A stretch of 64,000 bases of DNA from NCBI GenBank assembly GCA_963787125.1, contig CAWBBV010000001.1:160001-224000 (forward strand), in the 5' to 3' direction. Below the pieces are notes generated by a model. It saw only the letters and a list, made by a program, of their open reading frames with translations. It had not been told where the DNA came from and did not search any database. The stretch is from an uncultured delta proteobacterium (GTDB taxonomy: Bacteria > Desulfobacterota > Desulfuromonadia > Geobacterales > DSM-12255). The position numbers and the translations under genes are program-made. Positions within the stretch are counted from its first letter, which is position 1. Each line of letters begins with the position of its first letter. This document shows positions 39,512 to 49,456 of this stretch, in pieces.

Positions 39512-40954
39512 ATGGAAAATCCGTTGAAAATTCTGATCGTCGAGGACTCAGAAGACGATCTCTTTCTCCTTCTCCATGAGCTGCGAAAAGGGGGCTACTC
39601 TCCGGAGTACCTCTCTGTTTGCACCCCGGAAGGTATGAAGCGGGCGCTGGCCGAGCGTGAATGGGAAATTGTGACCTCAGATTACAATATGCCCGGATTC
39701 AATGCGCTGTCGGCACTTGAGCTGCTGAAACAAAGCGGGCTCGACCTCCCCTTCATCGTCGTCTCCGGTAAAATTGGTGAAGACCAGGCCGTTGCCGCTA
39801 TGAAGGCGGGAGCGCACGATTACGTTATGAAGCAGAATCTTTCCAGACTTGTACCGGCAATAACGCGAGAGATCCGTGAGTCCGGGGAAAGAAGGATGCG
39901 GCGGGAAGCGGAAGTGGCTCTGAATAGGCAGTTCGCCCAGTTCAGAACAATATTCGACGCAATGACGGCTATTGTTTATGTTGCGGACATGGATACCTAC
40001 GAGCTGCTTTATATGAATCGCTATGCGGCTGATGTTTTCGGGAGTGACTGGGAGGGGAAGGTCTGTTTCCAGATATTCCAGAGCGAACAGAGCAAAGCAT
40101 GCGAATTTTGTACAAATCATCTGCTTGTCAAGAACGGCGTACCCCAACCGTCACTAACCACTGAGCAGCTTAATACCCGTAATGGCAGATGGTATCAGTG
40201 GACCGATCGGGCAATTGAATGGACCGACGGCAGACTGGTAAGACTCCAGATAGCTGTAGACATCACCGAAATAAAGGAAATGGAGCGAATAAAAGACGAA
40301 ATGATCTCGGCCGTTAGTCATGAGATGAGAACTCCTCTTACGGCCATGCTCGGTTTCACCGAGTTTCTGCTCGACAATGAGGTCGAGAGGGATAGCAGGC
40401 GAGAGATACTGGAAACAATCCATAAAGAGACTGAGCGTTTGAACGACCTGATCGGCAGTTTTCTGGATATGCAAAGGCTTAAAGATGACAATGCCGGTTT
40501 TGCACAAGATGCGCTTTCTGTTGAAGTTATTCTGAATGAGGGGGCACGGCTCTTTGCCATCAACAAGGAGAATCACCGGATTGTCACTAACTGTCCGGAA
40601 GGACTTATGGTAAAGGGGGACAGTGAAAAACTCCACCAGGTCATGATAAACCTGCTTTCAAACGCCTGCAAATACTCCCCGCCTGGCTCTCAGATTACAC
40701 TTGGAGCAGTAGCTTCGGCTGGAGAAGTAATTGTATCGGTTCAGGATCAGGGGATCGGAATTCCTCAGGAGATGCGCCAAAAAGTATTTGAACGGTTTTA
40801 CAGAGTTGACAACTCTGACCGCAGGATGGTCGGCGGAACCGGTCTTGGACTTGCCCTGGTAAAGGATATTGTCACAGCACACGGAGGGCGGGTCTGGATA
40901 GAACCGAATTACCCCTCCGGTAGCCGTGTCCTCTTCTCTCTTCCCGCAGCATAA
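39512..40954 (+). CDS. Hybrid REC-PAS-histidine kinase
   Basis: VEDSEDD/DYNMP receiver, PAS with CFQ..CEFC, SHEMRTPL, NACKYS, GGTGLGL. Confidence 0.9.
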   Translation: MENPLKILIVEDSEDDLFLLLHELRKGGYSPEYLSVCTPEGMKRALAEREWEIVTSDYNMPGFNALSALELLKQSGLDLPFIVVSGKIGEDQAVAAMKAGAHDYVMKQNLSRLVPAITREIRESGERRMRREAEVALNRQFAQFRTIFDAMTAIVYVADMDTYELLYMNRYAADVFGSDWEGKVCFQIFQSEQSKACEFCTNHLLVKNGVPQPSLTTEQLNTRNGRWYQWTDRAIEWTDGRLVRLQIAVDITEIKEMERIKDEMISAVSHEMRTPLTAMLGFTEFLLDNEVERDSRREILETIHKETERLNDLIGSFLDMQRLKDDNAGFAQDALSVEVILNEGARLFAINKENHRIVTNCPEGLMVKGDSEKLHQVMINLLSNACKYSPPGSQITLGAVASAGEVIVSVQDQGIGIPQEMRQKVFERFYRVDNSDRRMVGGTGLGLALVKDIVTAHGGRVWIEPNYPSGSRVLFSLPAA

Positions 40955-40975
40955 ACAGTATTGCCGGCACGACTA

Positions 40976-41455
40976 CTAATTGACAGTTTTAACTCGATGC
41001 TTCCCTGATTTTTTAGATTTTTTCACCTCAGCGAGAGAAAGCAGCTCTGTTCTTGCTATTCGCCACTCACCAAATTCATTGACTAGCTTGAATGATTTTG
41101 TCTTGTACTCCATCTCCCCCGGCGCATCCAATCCTATTTTAGCTCTGATAACAACAGCTGTGGGCGACTTGACGTTCGCAACGACATCCTGCATCTTCTC
41201 CCAACAGCAGGAAGGCTTGAGCTGAGCCGTTGCCATCCTCTTGCTGAAAGTCTCCCTGGTCTCTTTACCGTTGGCAAGAGTACGGTTGTACAACTCCCCG
41301 TAATTACCGGCGCGCCACAGGTCAAGAATCTGCTCAAAACCTTTGACAGCTCCGGCTTTCAATGCTTCAGAATCGGCAATTTCACGTTTAGCAGCAGCAG
41401 GCATGACAAAGAGCAGTGACATAAATGCAACCGATAGCAGGACAAGACGTTTCAT
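40976..41455 (-). CDS. Hypothetical exported protein
   Basis: RBS GGAGG, signal peptide MKRLVLL...PAAA, CCW motif. Confidence 0.7.
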   Translation of the reverse strand: MKRLVLLSVAFMSLLFVMPAAAKREIADSEALKAGAVKGFEQILDLWRAGNYGELYNRTLANGKETRETFSKRMATAQLKPSCCWEKMQDVVANVKSPTAVVIRAKIGLDAPGEMEYKTKSFKLVNEFGEWRIARTELLSLAEVKKSKKSGKHRVKTVN

Positions 41456-41502
41456 AATACCCTCCATGAATTCAGATAGATGCAATTAGAAACAGGGCGA
41501 TA

Positions 41503-42522
41503 CTATATACTCCGCTCGACAGCTTCGGCAACTTTTCTCATCTTCTCCATCAAAATTGCGAATTTCTCCGGCTTGAGAGACTGGGGACCGTCACTTGATG
41601 CATGTTCCGGGTCGGGGTGAACCTCTATTATCAGTCCATCAGCTCCGGCAGCGATTGCCGCCAGCGACATGGGAGCAACATATTGATGATGCCCTGTTCC
41701 GTGGGAGGGATCAATCACGATCGGCAGATGGGTCTTGCTCCTGAGTGCCGGGATAGCGGACAAATCGAGCGTGTTTCGGGTTGCTGTTTCAAAAGTCCGG
41801 ATGCCCCGCTCGCAAAGGATAACCGACTGGTTCCCTTCCGCAAGAATGTACTCGGCACTCATCAATAGCTCCTGAATGGTCATGGCCATCCCTCTTTTGA
41901 GCAGTACCGGCTTTTTCAGTTGGCCGACTTTTTTCAGCAGCGCAAAATTCTGGGAGTTGCGGGCGCCGATCTGGAGAATATCCGCATACTCTGCAACCAG
42001 ATCTGCGGTCTCGGGGTTAATGACTTCGGTCACAAACGGCAATCCCGTTATTTGCCGGGCCTTGGCAAGGAGTTTCAGCCCCTCCTCTTCAAGCCCTTGA
42101 AAAGAGTAAGGCGATGTTCGCGGTTTAAAAGCGCCGCCGCGGAGAATATCACCGCCCGCCATCTTAACAGCTTCGGCAGAGTCAATGATCTGCTTCTCGC
42201 TCTCAACCGAGCACGGCCCGGCCATAACAATAATCTTTGGCCCGCCAATGCTGACGTTGTCACTGATCCTGATAATGCTCGCATCCTTCATGACCTCTTT
42301 TGAGGCTAGTTTGTAGGGCTGAAGAATCGGTACGACGCTCTCTACTCCGTGCATCGACTCGATTGACTGCAAAATCAGCTTGCCCCGTTCGTCGCCGATG
42401 GCACCGATTACATCACGGGTAGTGCCATGAATTACATGGGGAGTGTAGCCAAGTTCGCGAATCCGCGTGAGAACTTCATCCTTCTCCTTTTTTTCAGCAC
42501 CGGCCTTCATTACGATAATCAT
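41503..42522 (-). CDS. aroF: 3-deoxy-7-phosphoheptulonate (DAHP) synthase, type I-beta with N-terminal regulatory domain
   Basis: [57 protein letters not shown]. Confidence 0.95.
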   Translation of the reverse strand: MIIVMKAGAEKKEKDEVLTRIRELGYTPHVIHGTTRDVIGAIGDERGKLILQSIESMHGVESVVPILQPYKLASKEVMKDASIIRISDNVSIGGPKIIVMAGPCSVESEKQIIDSAEAVKMAGGDILRGGAFKPRTSPYSFQGLEEEGLKLLAKARQITGLPFVTEVINPETADLVAEYADILQIGARNSQNFALLKKVGQLKKPVLLKRGMAMTIQELLMSAEYILAEGNQSVILCERGIRTFETATRNTLDLSAIPALRSKTHLPIVIDPSHGTGHHQYVAPMSLAAIAAGADGLIIEVHPDPEHASSDGPQSLKPEKFAILMEKMRKVAEAVERSI

Positions 42523-42545
42523 CCATTTTCTCCTTTGGAAAACAA

Positions 42546-42625
42546 AAAGGCCGAAAGGAATAAATCCCCGGCCTTTAAAAAGATACAAAAAAGCCGGGGG
42601 CGAATTCCTCTCCACCCCCGGCTTT
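42546..42625 (-). terminator. Tandem terminator-like hairpins (attenuator) between leader peptide and aroF
   Basis: Minus strand AAAGCCGGGGG...CCCCCGGCTTTTTT, then AAAGGCCG...CGGCCTTTTT just before the aroF RBS. Confidence 0.85.
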
Positions 42626-42651
42626 CAATTTTTTTCTGATCAATATTTCTC

Positions 42652-42744
42652 TCAGTGCAAATGAAGCTGCGGAGCGGAGTCTCTAAAATAAAAGCCGCAC
42701 CAAAAGTAACAATTTGCACTGTATGAAAAATATTGAGTCGTCAT
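42652..42744 (-). CDS. Aromatic-rich attenuator leader peptide MTTQYFSYSANCYFWCGFYFRDSAPQLHLH
   Basis: 9 Phe/Tyr/Trp among the first 20 codons; upstream of DAHP synthase and a terminator; TTGACA promoter just upstream. Confidence 0.85.
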   Translation of the reverse strand: MTTQYFSYSANCYFWCGFYFRDSAPQLHLH

Positions 42745-42915
42745 GGAACATTCTTATGGCAGAACGGGTAAATGGGTGTCAAGAAAAAAATCAACCTTTA
42801 AGACAGTCTGGTTAATCAATTGCTTCGACAAACATAACATGCTATATTAAACAACGCCTTAACCACAGGAACATTCCCTGTGGTTTTTTTGTGGGCGCAA
42901 AAAAGGACTATAAAA

Positions 42916-44553
42916 ATGATCAGTGCTAACAACGTAAGTCTGGCCTATGGCAAACGGGTAATTTTCAAGGACGTCAACATTAAATTCGTGCCGGGTAACT
43001 GCTACGGCCTCATCGGTGCCAACGGCGCCGGCAAATCCACTTTTTTAAAAATTCTCTCCGGCGAGGTGGAATCTGATTCGGGAACTGTCTCCGTTGGACC
43101 GCGGGAGCGGATTGCAGTCCTGAAACAGGACCATTACGCCTTCGACGAACATACGGTCTTCAACACGGTTATCATGGGACACGCCAGGCTGTACGAAGTA
43201 ATGACCGCCCGTGAGGCGATCTATGCCAAAGCCGATTTTTCCGAAGAGGACGGCATCCGCTCGGCTGAACTGGAGGCTGAATTTGCCGAAATGAACGGCT
43301 ACGAAGTCGAGTCGGAAGCAGCGGTACTGCTGAGCGGTCTCGGCATTCCCGAAGAGCTTCGCTCCAAGCTGATGAAGGAACTGGAAGGTGGTGACAAGGT
43401 GCGGGTGCTACTGGCTCAGGCGCTCTTTGGCAATCCGGATGTACTGCTGTTGGACGAACCTACCAACCACCTGGATCTGAAAACCATTGCCTGGCTTGAG
43501 GATTTTCTCTTCCGCTTTACCAATACCGTTATCGTTGTTTCCCATGACCGTCACTTTCTCAATCAGGTCTGCACCCATGTGGCCGATATCGACTTTGGCC
43601 GGATCATGGTTTATGTCGGCAACTATGACTTCTGGTATCAGGCGAGCCAGTTGACCCTGAAACAGAAACAGGACGACAATCGTAAAGTCACCGACCGGGC
43701 CAACGAACTGAAGGAATTTATCCAGCGTTTCAGCTCTAATGCGTCCAAGGCCAGGCAGGCCACTTCCCGCAAGCGGCTCCTGGAAAAGCTGACCATCGAA
43801 GAGATGCCGGTGTCGTCACGCAAATACCCGTATGTGGTATTTAAGCCGGAGCGGGCCTGCGGCGACATCATCCTCGAAATCACTGATCTGACAAAAACAG
43901 TTGACGGCATAACGTTGCTAAAAAACCTCAACCTGACGGTACGCAAAGGGGATAAAATCGCTTTTGTCGGCAGTAACAGCCTGGCTAAGTCGACCCTTTT
44001 TCAAATCCTGGCCGGAGAGCTTGAGCCTGACAGTGGTAGTTTCCGTTGGGGTGTAACTATCACCAGCGCCTATTTCCCCAAAGAGAACAACTCCTATTTC
44101 GCTAAAGACCTGAATCTGATTGAATGGCTCGGTCAATACTCGCCTCCCACTGAAGGCGAGTCATTCGCCCGTGGTTTTCTCGGCCGCATGCTCTTTTCCG
44201 GCGACGAAGCCACCAAAAAAACCTCCGTTCTCTCCGGTGGCGAGCGGGTGCGTTGCATGCTCTCAAAAATGATGCTGGCCGGCGCCAATGCCTTGATTCT
44301 TGACGAACCGACCAATCACCTCGACCTTGAATCCATCACCGCCCTGAACAACGGCCTGATAGCCTTCACTGAAGTGATTCTCTTCGCTTCCCATGATCAT
44401 GAGTTTGTCGCCACAGTGGCAAACCGGATCGTTGAGCTCACTCCCGGCGGCGCCATTGACCGGGTCATGGGCTTTGAGGAATATCTGGAAAACGCTGACG
44501 TCGCGCTGGAGCGGGATCAGCTCTGTCAAGGGCATTGCGACCTTACCTTGTAA
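42916..44553 (+). CDS. ABC-F family ATPase (YbiT-like)
   Basis: Two ABC domains (GANGAGKST, LDEPTNHLD twice, LSGGE) with no TM segments. Confidence 0.93.
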   Translation: MISANNVSLAYGKRVIFKDVNIKFVPGNCYGLIGANGAGKSTFLKILSGEVESDSGTVSVGPRERIAVLKQDHYAFDEHTVFNTVIMGHARLYEVMTAREAIYAKADFSEEDGIRSAELEAEFAEMNGYEVESEAAVLLSGLGIPEELRSKLMKELEGGDKVRVLLAQALFGNPDVLLLDEPTNHLDLKTIAWLEDFLFRFTNTVIVVSHDRHFLNQVCTHVADIDFGRIMVYVGNYDFWYQASQLTLKQKQDDNRKVTDRANELKEFIQRFSSNASKARQATSRKRLLEKLTIEEMPVSSRKYPYVVFKPERACGDIILEITDLTKTVDGITLLKNLNLTVRKGDKIAFVGSNSLAKSTLFQILAGELEPDSGSFRWGVTITSAYFPKENNSYFAKDLNLIEWLGQYSPPTEGESFARGFLGRMLFSGDEATKKTSVLSGGERVRCMLSKMMLAGANALILDEPTNHLDLESITALNNGLIAFTEVILFASHDHEFVATVANRIVELTPGGAIDRVMGFEEYLENADVALERDQLCQGHCDLTL

Positions 44554-44594
44554 CGGTTTATCGAGTAAAGCTGGTGGCGCTGGAGGCATTAGTC

Positions 44595-45509
<915 letters not shown>

Positions 45510-45924
45510 GAGTAATCTGGAAAAAAGGGGCGGCGTTGGTCACAACCGCCCCCCCCCCCGGGATGATGGGATATGCAGTTTTCAGGAAACCTTTTTAGCG
45601 GCGCATACATTCAGCCCTGCTTGTTATTCATACTCACCTTGTTGATCTCCCGCTTGCCAAGACTGTTTGCCAAAATGGCGTTTTTTACAAAATTCTGCAT
45701 CTCTTTCTGAACCATTTCCAGGGTTTCATAGCCGTTGTCTACCAGCAGAAACCTGCTACTTTTGCCGACCCGATCCTGGTTTTTGTTGACTACAAAGATT
45801 TCAACCACTCTGAAACTGACCTCACTCTCTTTATCTGTTGGCTTCTGATATCTGCATCCCATGTCCCACCTTCCTTTCCGGAATTATCCGGTATTTTATT
45901 ATCCATAGCCGCTTGACTGCGCTG

Positions 45925-46644
45925 TTACTTGTTATGGCAGGCGAAGCAGAGTTCGCTTCTGCTGTTATTCATAACCAGATGGCCTTGATCCCTGTTCAGT
46001 GGATTGTGGCAGGTGAGACAGCCGACTTTGCCCTCGGCAAAGACCATCTCGCGGGAGAATTTAACGTCGCTTCTGTATCCTTTTGTGTCTACGGCAACGT
46101 ATCTGTCGTACTCCATCCCTACCGGGTGTCCGCCGATGATGTCTTCCAGGCTCATTACTCTGCCGCCAGGACTGTTTTTGATTCTGACATTGAAGCCCTG
46201 GGCCATGACGCCGTCATGGCAGGAAAGACAGTCGTTGGAAAGGCTGTCTACCGCTTTGGCCGGCTCGGTGAAGCTTCTTGCTGAAGCTCCGCCGGCGGCG
46301 ATGTCAGTTGAGTAGATCAACTCGTCATTTTCTTCGACAGCTCCGCCTCTGATGGCGCTGATTCTTGTGGTAAAGGCTGCTTTGAGGGCTGAATCGGCGG
46401 CAAGCTGTTTCGAGTAAAGGCAATTTCCGGCGGGAAGAGGCGCTACAGTGGTTGTCGATGTGGATGAACCATGACTTGCAATGGTATCGCTGGTTGTGAC
46501 CGGCGTGCCGGTAGAAGCCTGGAAAGTGATGGTTATGGTTTCTGCGCTGACATTGGCAGTCAAAGTGGCCAGCATTATGATTGCGCCGCAGGAACTTTCA
46601 GCAAGAACTTTCAGCAGCGATTTTTTTTCGATAGTGACTAACAT
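45925..46644 (-). CDS. Multiheme (3 CxxCH) c-type cytochrome
   Basis: CLSCH, CLTCH, CFACH plus HPVG motif; N-terminal export signal; RBS AAGGAGG before ATG 46644. Confidence 0.88.
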   Translation of the reverse strand: MLVTIEKKSLLKVLAESSCGAIIMLATLTANVSAETITITFQASTGTPVTTSDTIASHGSSTSTTTVAPLPAGNCLYSKQLAADSALKAAFTTRISAIRGGAVEENDELIYSTDIAAGGASARSFTEPAKAVDSLSNDCLSCHDGVMAQGFNVRIKNSPGGRVMSLEDIIGGHPVGMEYDRYVAVDTKGYRSDVKFSREMVFAEGKVGCLTCHNPLNRDQGHLVMNNSRSELCFACHNK

Positions 46645-46842
46645 GGCTCTTTCCTCCTTCACAATCTGTGAAGAGACAGATGCTACCAGAATTACCGGGA
46701 TAAAGTGGGATATGGTGAATAATCGTGGGAAGCCTTATTTAAAGGGAGTTTAAAGGAGATCGTCTTAACAGAATAAAAACTATTGCGGACAGATGAGAAA
46801 TTCAATTAACACCACATTTAGACAGATGGTTTAAGAAATAAC

Positions 46843-47040
46843 CTACTTACCGCATCCTGATAACGCTCCCATCCATTGAGAAACTCCTCCATGCCCAGAG
46901 CATGTTCCAGAGCATGTCTGAGAATCACTATAAGATCCATCAACACATTTAGCGGTATGCGATGATGGATCTCCACTTCCGCACCCAGCAATTAACATCA
47001 GCATCGCTAACATCATTATTATCATTCTACTCATTTTCAT
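46843..47040 (-). CDS. DUF3761-like small Cys-rich lipoprotein
   Basis: Lipobox IAGC; TAKCVDGSYS.S...GTCSGHGGV..W. Confidence 0.75.
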   Translation of the reverse strand: MKMSRMIIMMLAMLMLIAGCGSGDPSSHTAKCVDGSYSDSQTCSGTCSGHGGVSQWMGALSGCGK

Positions 47041-47047
47041 ACCTCCG

Positions 47048-47362
47048 TCACTGAACAACAATCTTAGTAATTCTGAAAGGACCTGGATCTTTAGTCCTGG
47101 AGATAATCATATAAAACTTCTTATCACCTATCTTGTAATACACTTTAGAGGACGTAAGGTTGCCAGGGCCGGGGTTACTCGGATCACTATGAGTTAATTC
47201 GTATTTTGTCTGATATTTATACCATTTAGATATTGTAAAACGAGCTTCATCAGACGTTTGACCGACTTTAATAGTATTCCCTTTAACGCTGATTTTACTG
47301 ACTTCCGCAGCATAAGCAGAAACGCAAAAAACAAAGATCGATAGTAAAATAATAATTTTCAT
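47048..47362 (-). CDS. Hypothetical exported protein (phage accessory)
   Basis: Signal peptide ending AYA; AT-rich; downstream of the repressor. Confidence 0.7.
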   Translation of the reverse strand: MKIIILLSIFVFCVSAYAAEVSKISVKGNTIKVGQTSDEARFTISKWYKYQTKYELTHSDPSNPGPGNLTSSKVYYKIGDKKFYMIISRTKDPGPFRITKIVVQ

Positions 47363-47375
47363 TACATTCACCTCC

Positions 47376-47930
47376 CTATGCTGGTCCCTTCTTGTCAACA
47401 ATCACACCTTTCTCCAACACACAAAGGTCTCCTGTTCTAATATTGTGTTCATGGAGAGTACTCAAAACCCCAGCCATAGAGGCAAACATCCTGTTGTAGT
47501 TATAAATAATCTCATCTCTTGAGGCCGTTGGCATATCCATACATGCTTTGTATGTATTTATTATAGTTGTAGCGGTCGTTCGTGACAGTGCCTCAATAAA
47601 TAGATCATTAGTTTTGTCGCCGGTTATACGCTGATGCTTGATCACCTCGTTAATAATATGCTCCATCAATGCCAGATCTAGCACTGGGCTTAACTCTACA
47701 GTAGGCCGCTCACCCACCTCATTCTGCTGCATCTCCCCTTCACCCGTCAGTAGCCAGTTCGCGTTAAAACCCATCTTTACAAGTGATTCGATAACATTCC
47801 CGCCAGGCATACTTCTTCCTGCCTCATAAACCTGGAGCGATGCTAAACTTACATTAATAGCCTTCGCCATATCTTTTTGGCTTAAACCAAGGCTCTCTCT
47901 TATAATTTTAAAGTTATCGGCAACGCTCAT
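47376..47930 (-). CDS. Phage repressor, XRE-family HTH
   Basis: IRESLGLSQKDMA...SLQVYEAGRSMPG...NANWLLTGEGEM; divergent from the early operon. Confidence 0.85.
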   Translation of the reverse strand: MSVADNFKIIRESLGLSQKDMAKAINVSLASLQVYEAGRSMPGGNVIESLVKMGFNANWLLTGEGEMQQNEVGERPTVELSPVLDLALMEHIINEVIKHQRITGDKTNDLFIEALSRTTATTIINTYKACMDMPTASRDEIIYNYNRMFASMAGVLSTLHEHNIRTGDLCVLEKGVIVDKKGPA

Positions 47931-47943
47931 GTATAGGTTCCTG

Positions 47944-48081
47944 AGGTAAAAGTTCTATTACTTAAACTTTTACCTCCAACTTGAAAAAACTTTTACCTAG
48001 GTAAAAGTTTAATAACAGCTTGATATTGCTATTATTTTATACTTCAACAAGTGTATTATTTTTATAAAACAACTTTTACCT
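47944..48081. promoter_or_regulatory. Operator array: five copies of AACTTTTACCT/AGGTAAAAGTT
   Basis: Copies at 47944, 47965, 47988, 47999, 48071; 47988-48009 is a perfect palindrome. Confidence 0.8.
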
Positions 48082-48092
48082 AAAATTATAAA

Positions 48093-48121
48093 TTGACACT
48101 TACTAAAATAGTAAGTATATC
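48093..48121 (+). promoter_or_regulatory. Putative phage early promoter
   Basis: TTGACA-N17-TATATC; the spacer is the dyad CTTACTA-AAA-TAGTAAG. Confidence 0.6.
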
Positions 48122-48175
48122 TCGTTTTATCATCCTTACACGAGTAAGGATAAACGACAAAAAAAGGAGGCTGTT

Positions 48176-48337
48176 ATGCCTGTATTACTTCGCCAGATAC
48201 CCGACAACAGTTCCACTCCCGGCATGATTTACGTGGATAGCCGGGGGGTGGGGGAAGTGGTCGCCAGCAAGCTTGAAGATGCTGGGTTTACAGTTATTCG
48301 AGTTTACCCTCGAGGGTGTTCGGCACAAGTTCAGTGA
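48176..48337 (+). CDS. 53-aa first early ORF (not in the ORF track)
   Basis: RBS AAGGAGG 5 nt before ATG; MPVLLRQIPDNSSTPGMIYVDSRGVGEVVASKLEDAGFTVIRVYPRGCSAQVQ. Confidence 0.6.
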   Translation: MPVLLRQIPDNSSTPGMIYVDSRGVGEVVASKLEDAGFTVIRVYPRGCSAQVQ

Positions 48338-48569
48338 ATACCAGGATCTTGTGAATGATCTTCTCCCCGGAATCCAGAACAATATGTTCCAGGCCAGTGA
48401 TTCTAGCAACATCCTTGGGGTGCATGGTGTCGGTCCAGGGGCCTGGATTAACAAGATCGCCTTTGCTTAAAGCCATAAATGGAGACGCTGATTCATACGC
48501 AATCCATGGATTGTAGATGCTGCCGGGCTCATAGATTTCCAGAACATATTTAGCTGTTTTTATACTCAT
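48294..48569 (-). CDS. Hypothetical moron-like protein antisense to the early operon
   Basis: RBS GGAGG before ATG 48569; 91 aa. Confidence 0.65.
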   Translation of the reverse strand: MSIKTAKYVLEIYEPGSIYNPWIAYESASPFMALSKGDLVNPGPWTDTMHPKDVARITGLEHIVLDSGEKIIHKILVFTELVPNTLEGKLE

Positions 48570-48589
48570 AACCACCTCCAGGAGTTTTT

Positions 48590-48787
48590 ATGAACCGCCT
48601 ACGCTACATCAAATCATTGCTGGTCCGCCAGGGGATCACCCATACCCAGCTCGCCAAAGAGCTGGTGTGCAAGCGTGAAAACGTCAGCGGTGTTCTTTGT
48701 GGCAGCTTCAAAAGCCGCCGCGTCATGGAACATATCGCCAGACGACTAAACCGCGACTTCGAGAAACTCTGGGGTAAAGCCGCCTAA
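48590..48787 (+). CDS. Ner/Cro-like small HTH protein
   Basis: 65 aa IK..L...GIT..QLAKEL......VS.VL.G...SRRV...IA..L; RBS AGGAG. Confidence 0.8.
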   Translation: MNRLRYIKSLLVRQGITHTQLAKELVCKRENVSGVLCGSFKSRRVMEHIARRLNRDFEKLWGKAA

Positions 48788-48833
48788 CCTTCCGCAGGTA
48801 AGGGAAATATAAACCATTACCAAGGGTGCTGCA

Positions 48834-49307
48834 ATGACTAAAACCTTAAAAAAATCAGTCACAGATTCCGGTCAACTGAACCTGTTCGACCTATTGAAGC
48901 AAGAGCAAGCCGAGCGGCAGGAATCTGCCCCCGGCAGACTCTGCATCTCGGCCAAGTTGCTCAGCGAAATAAAAAAAGCAGTCAAGCACGCCCCCATGAG
49001 CCGGGAAACCCTGGCCGACACCATGACCAGCCTCTCCGGCAGAGACGTCACCGTCAGCATGATCAATAACTATTGCGCCGACAGCCACCCCCATCATTTC
49101 CCGGCAGAACTGATTCCCACCCTCTGCCTGGCCAGTGGCTACAACGGCCCGCTCCAGGTGCAGATCGACGCTGTCGGCATCTTCACCCTCCCCGGCGCCG
49201 ACGCGCTGCGCGCCGAGATTCAGAAGCTGGATGAAGAGACAAAGGTATTGCAGAAAGAGCGGCAGAAGCGGCTGTTATTCCTCAAGGAAATGGAGGGCGA
49301 GCGATGA
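48834..49307 (+). CDS. Phage regulatory protein (Mu-like early, CII-like)
   Basis: SRE.LAD.M..L.G..VT..MINNY.A.S...HFPAE.IP motif seen in transposable-phage early genes. Confidence 0.7.
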   Translation: MTKTLKKSVTDSGQLNLFDLLKQEQAERQESAPGRLCISAKLLSEIKKAVKHAPMSRETLADTMTSLSGRDVTVSMINNYCADSHPHHFPAELIPTLCLASGYNGPLQVQIDAVGIFTLPGADALRAEIQKLDEETKVLQKERQKRLLFLKEMEGER

Positions 49308-49456
49308 AAGTGATTCATTACAATAACGCACTGAATCCGCAAAAATTCAGTATTCCGCTCTGTAGACCCAATATTGAGGCCAAGTCATCAACTAAACGGC
49401 TGGAAGTGACCTGTAAAAACTGCCGAAAAATGTTTGATCACAAGGCGAAGTCATGA
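49304..49456 (+). CDS. 50-aa putative Zn-binding phage protein
   Basis: ATGA overlaps at both ends; H...LC...VTCKNC. Confidence 0.6.
   Translation: MKVIHYNNALNPQKFSIPLCRPNIEAKSSTKRLEVTCKNCRKMFDHKAKS

Noticed and set aside
45611..45862. 83-aa minus-strand ORF downstream of the cytochrome
   Set aside because: No motif or clear start; may be real but cannot be supported
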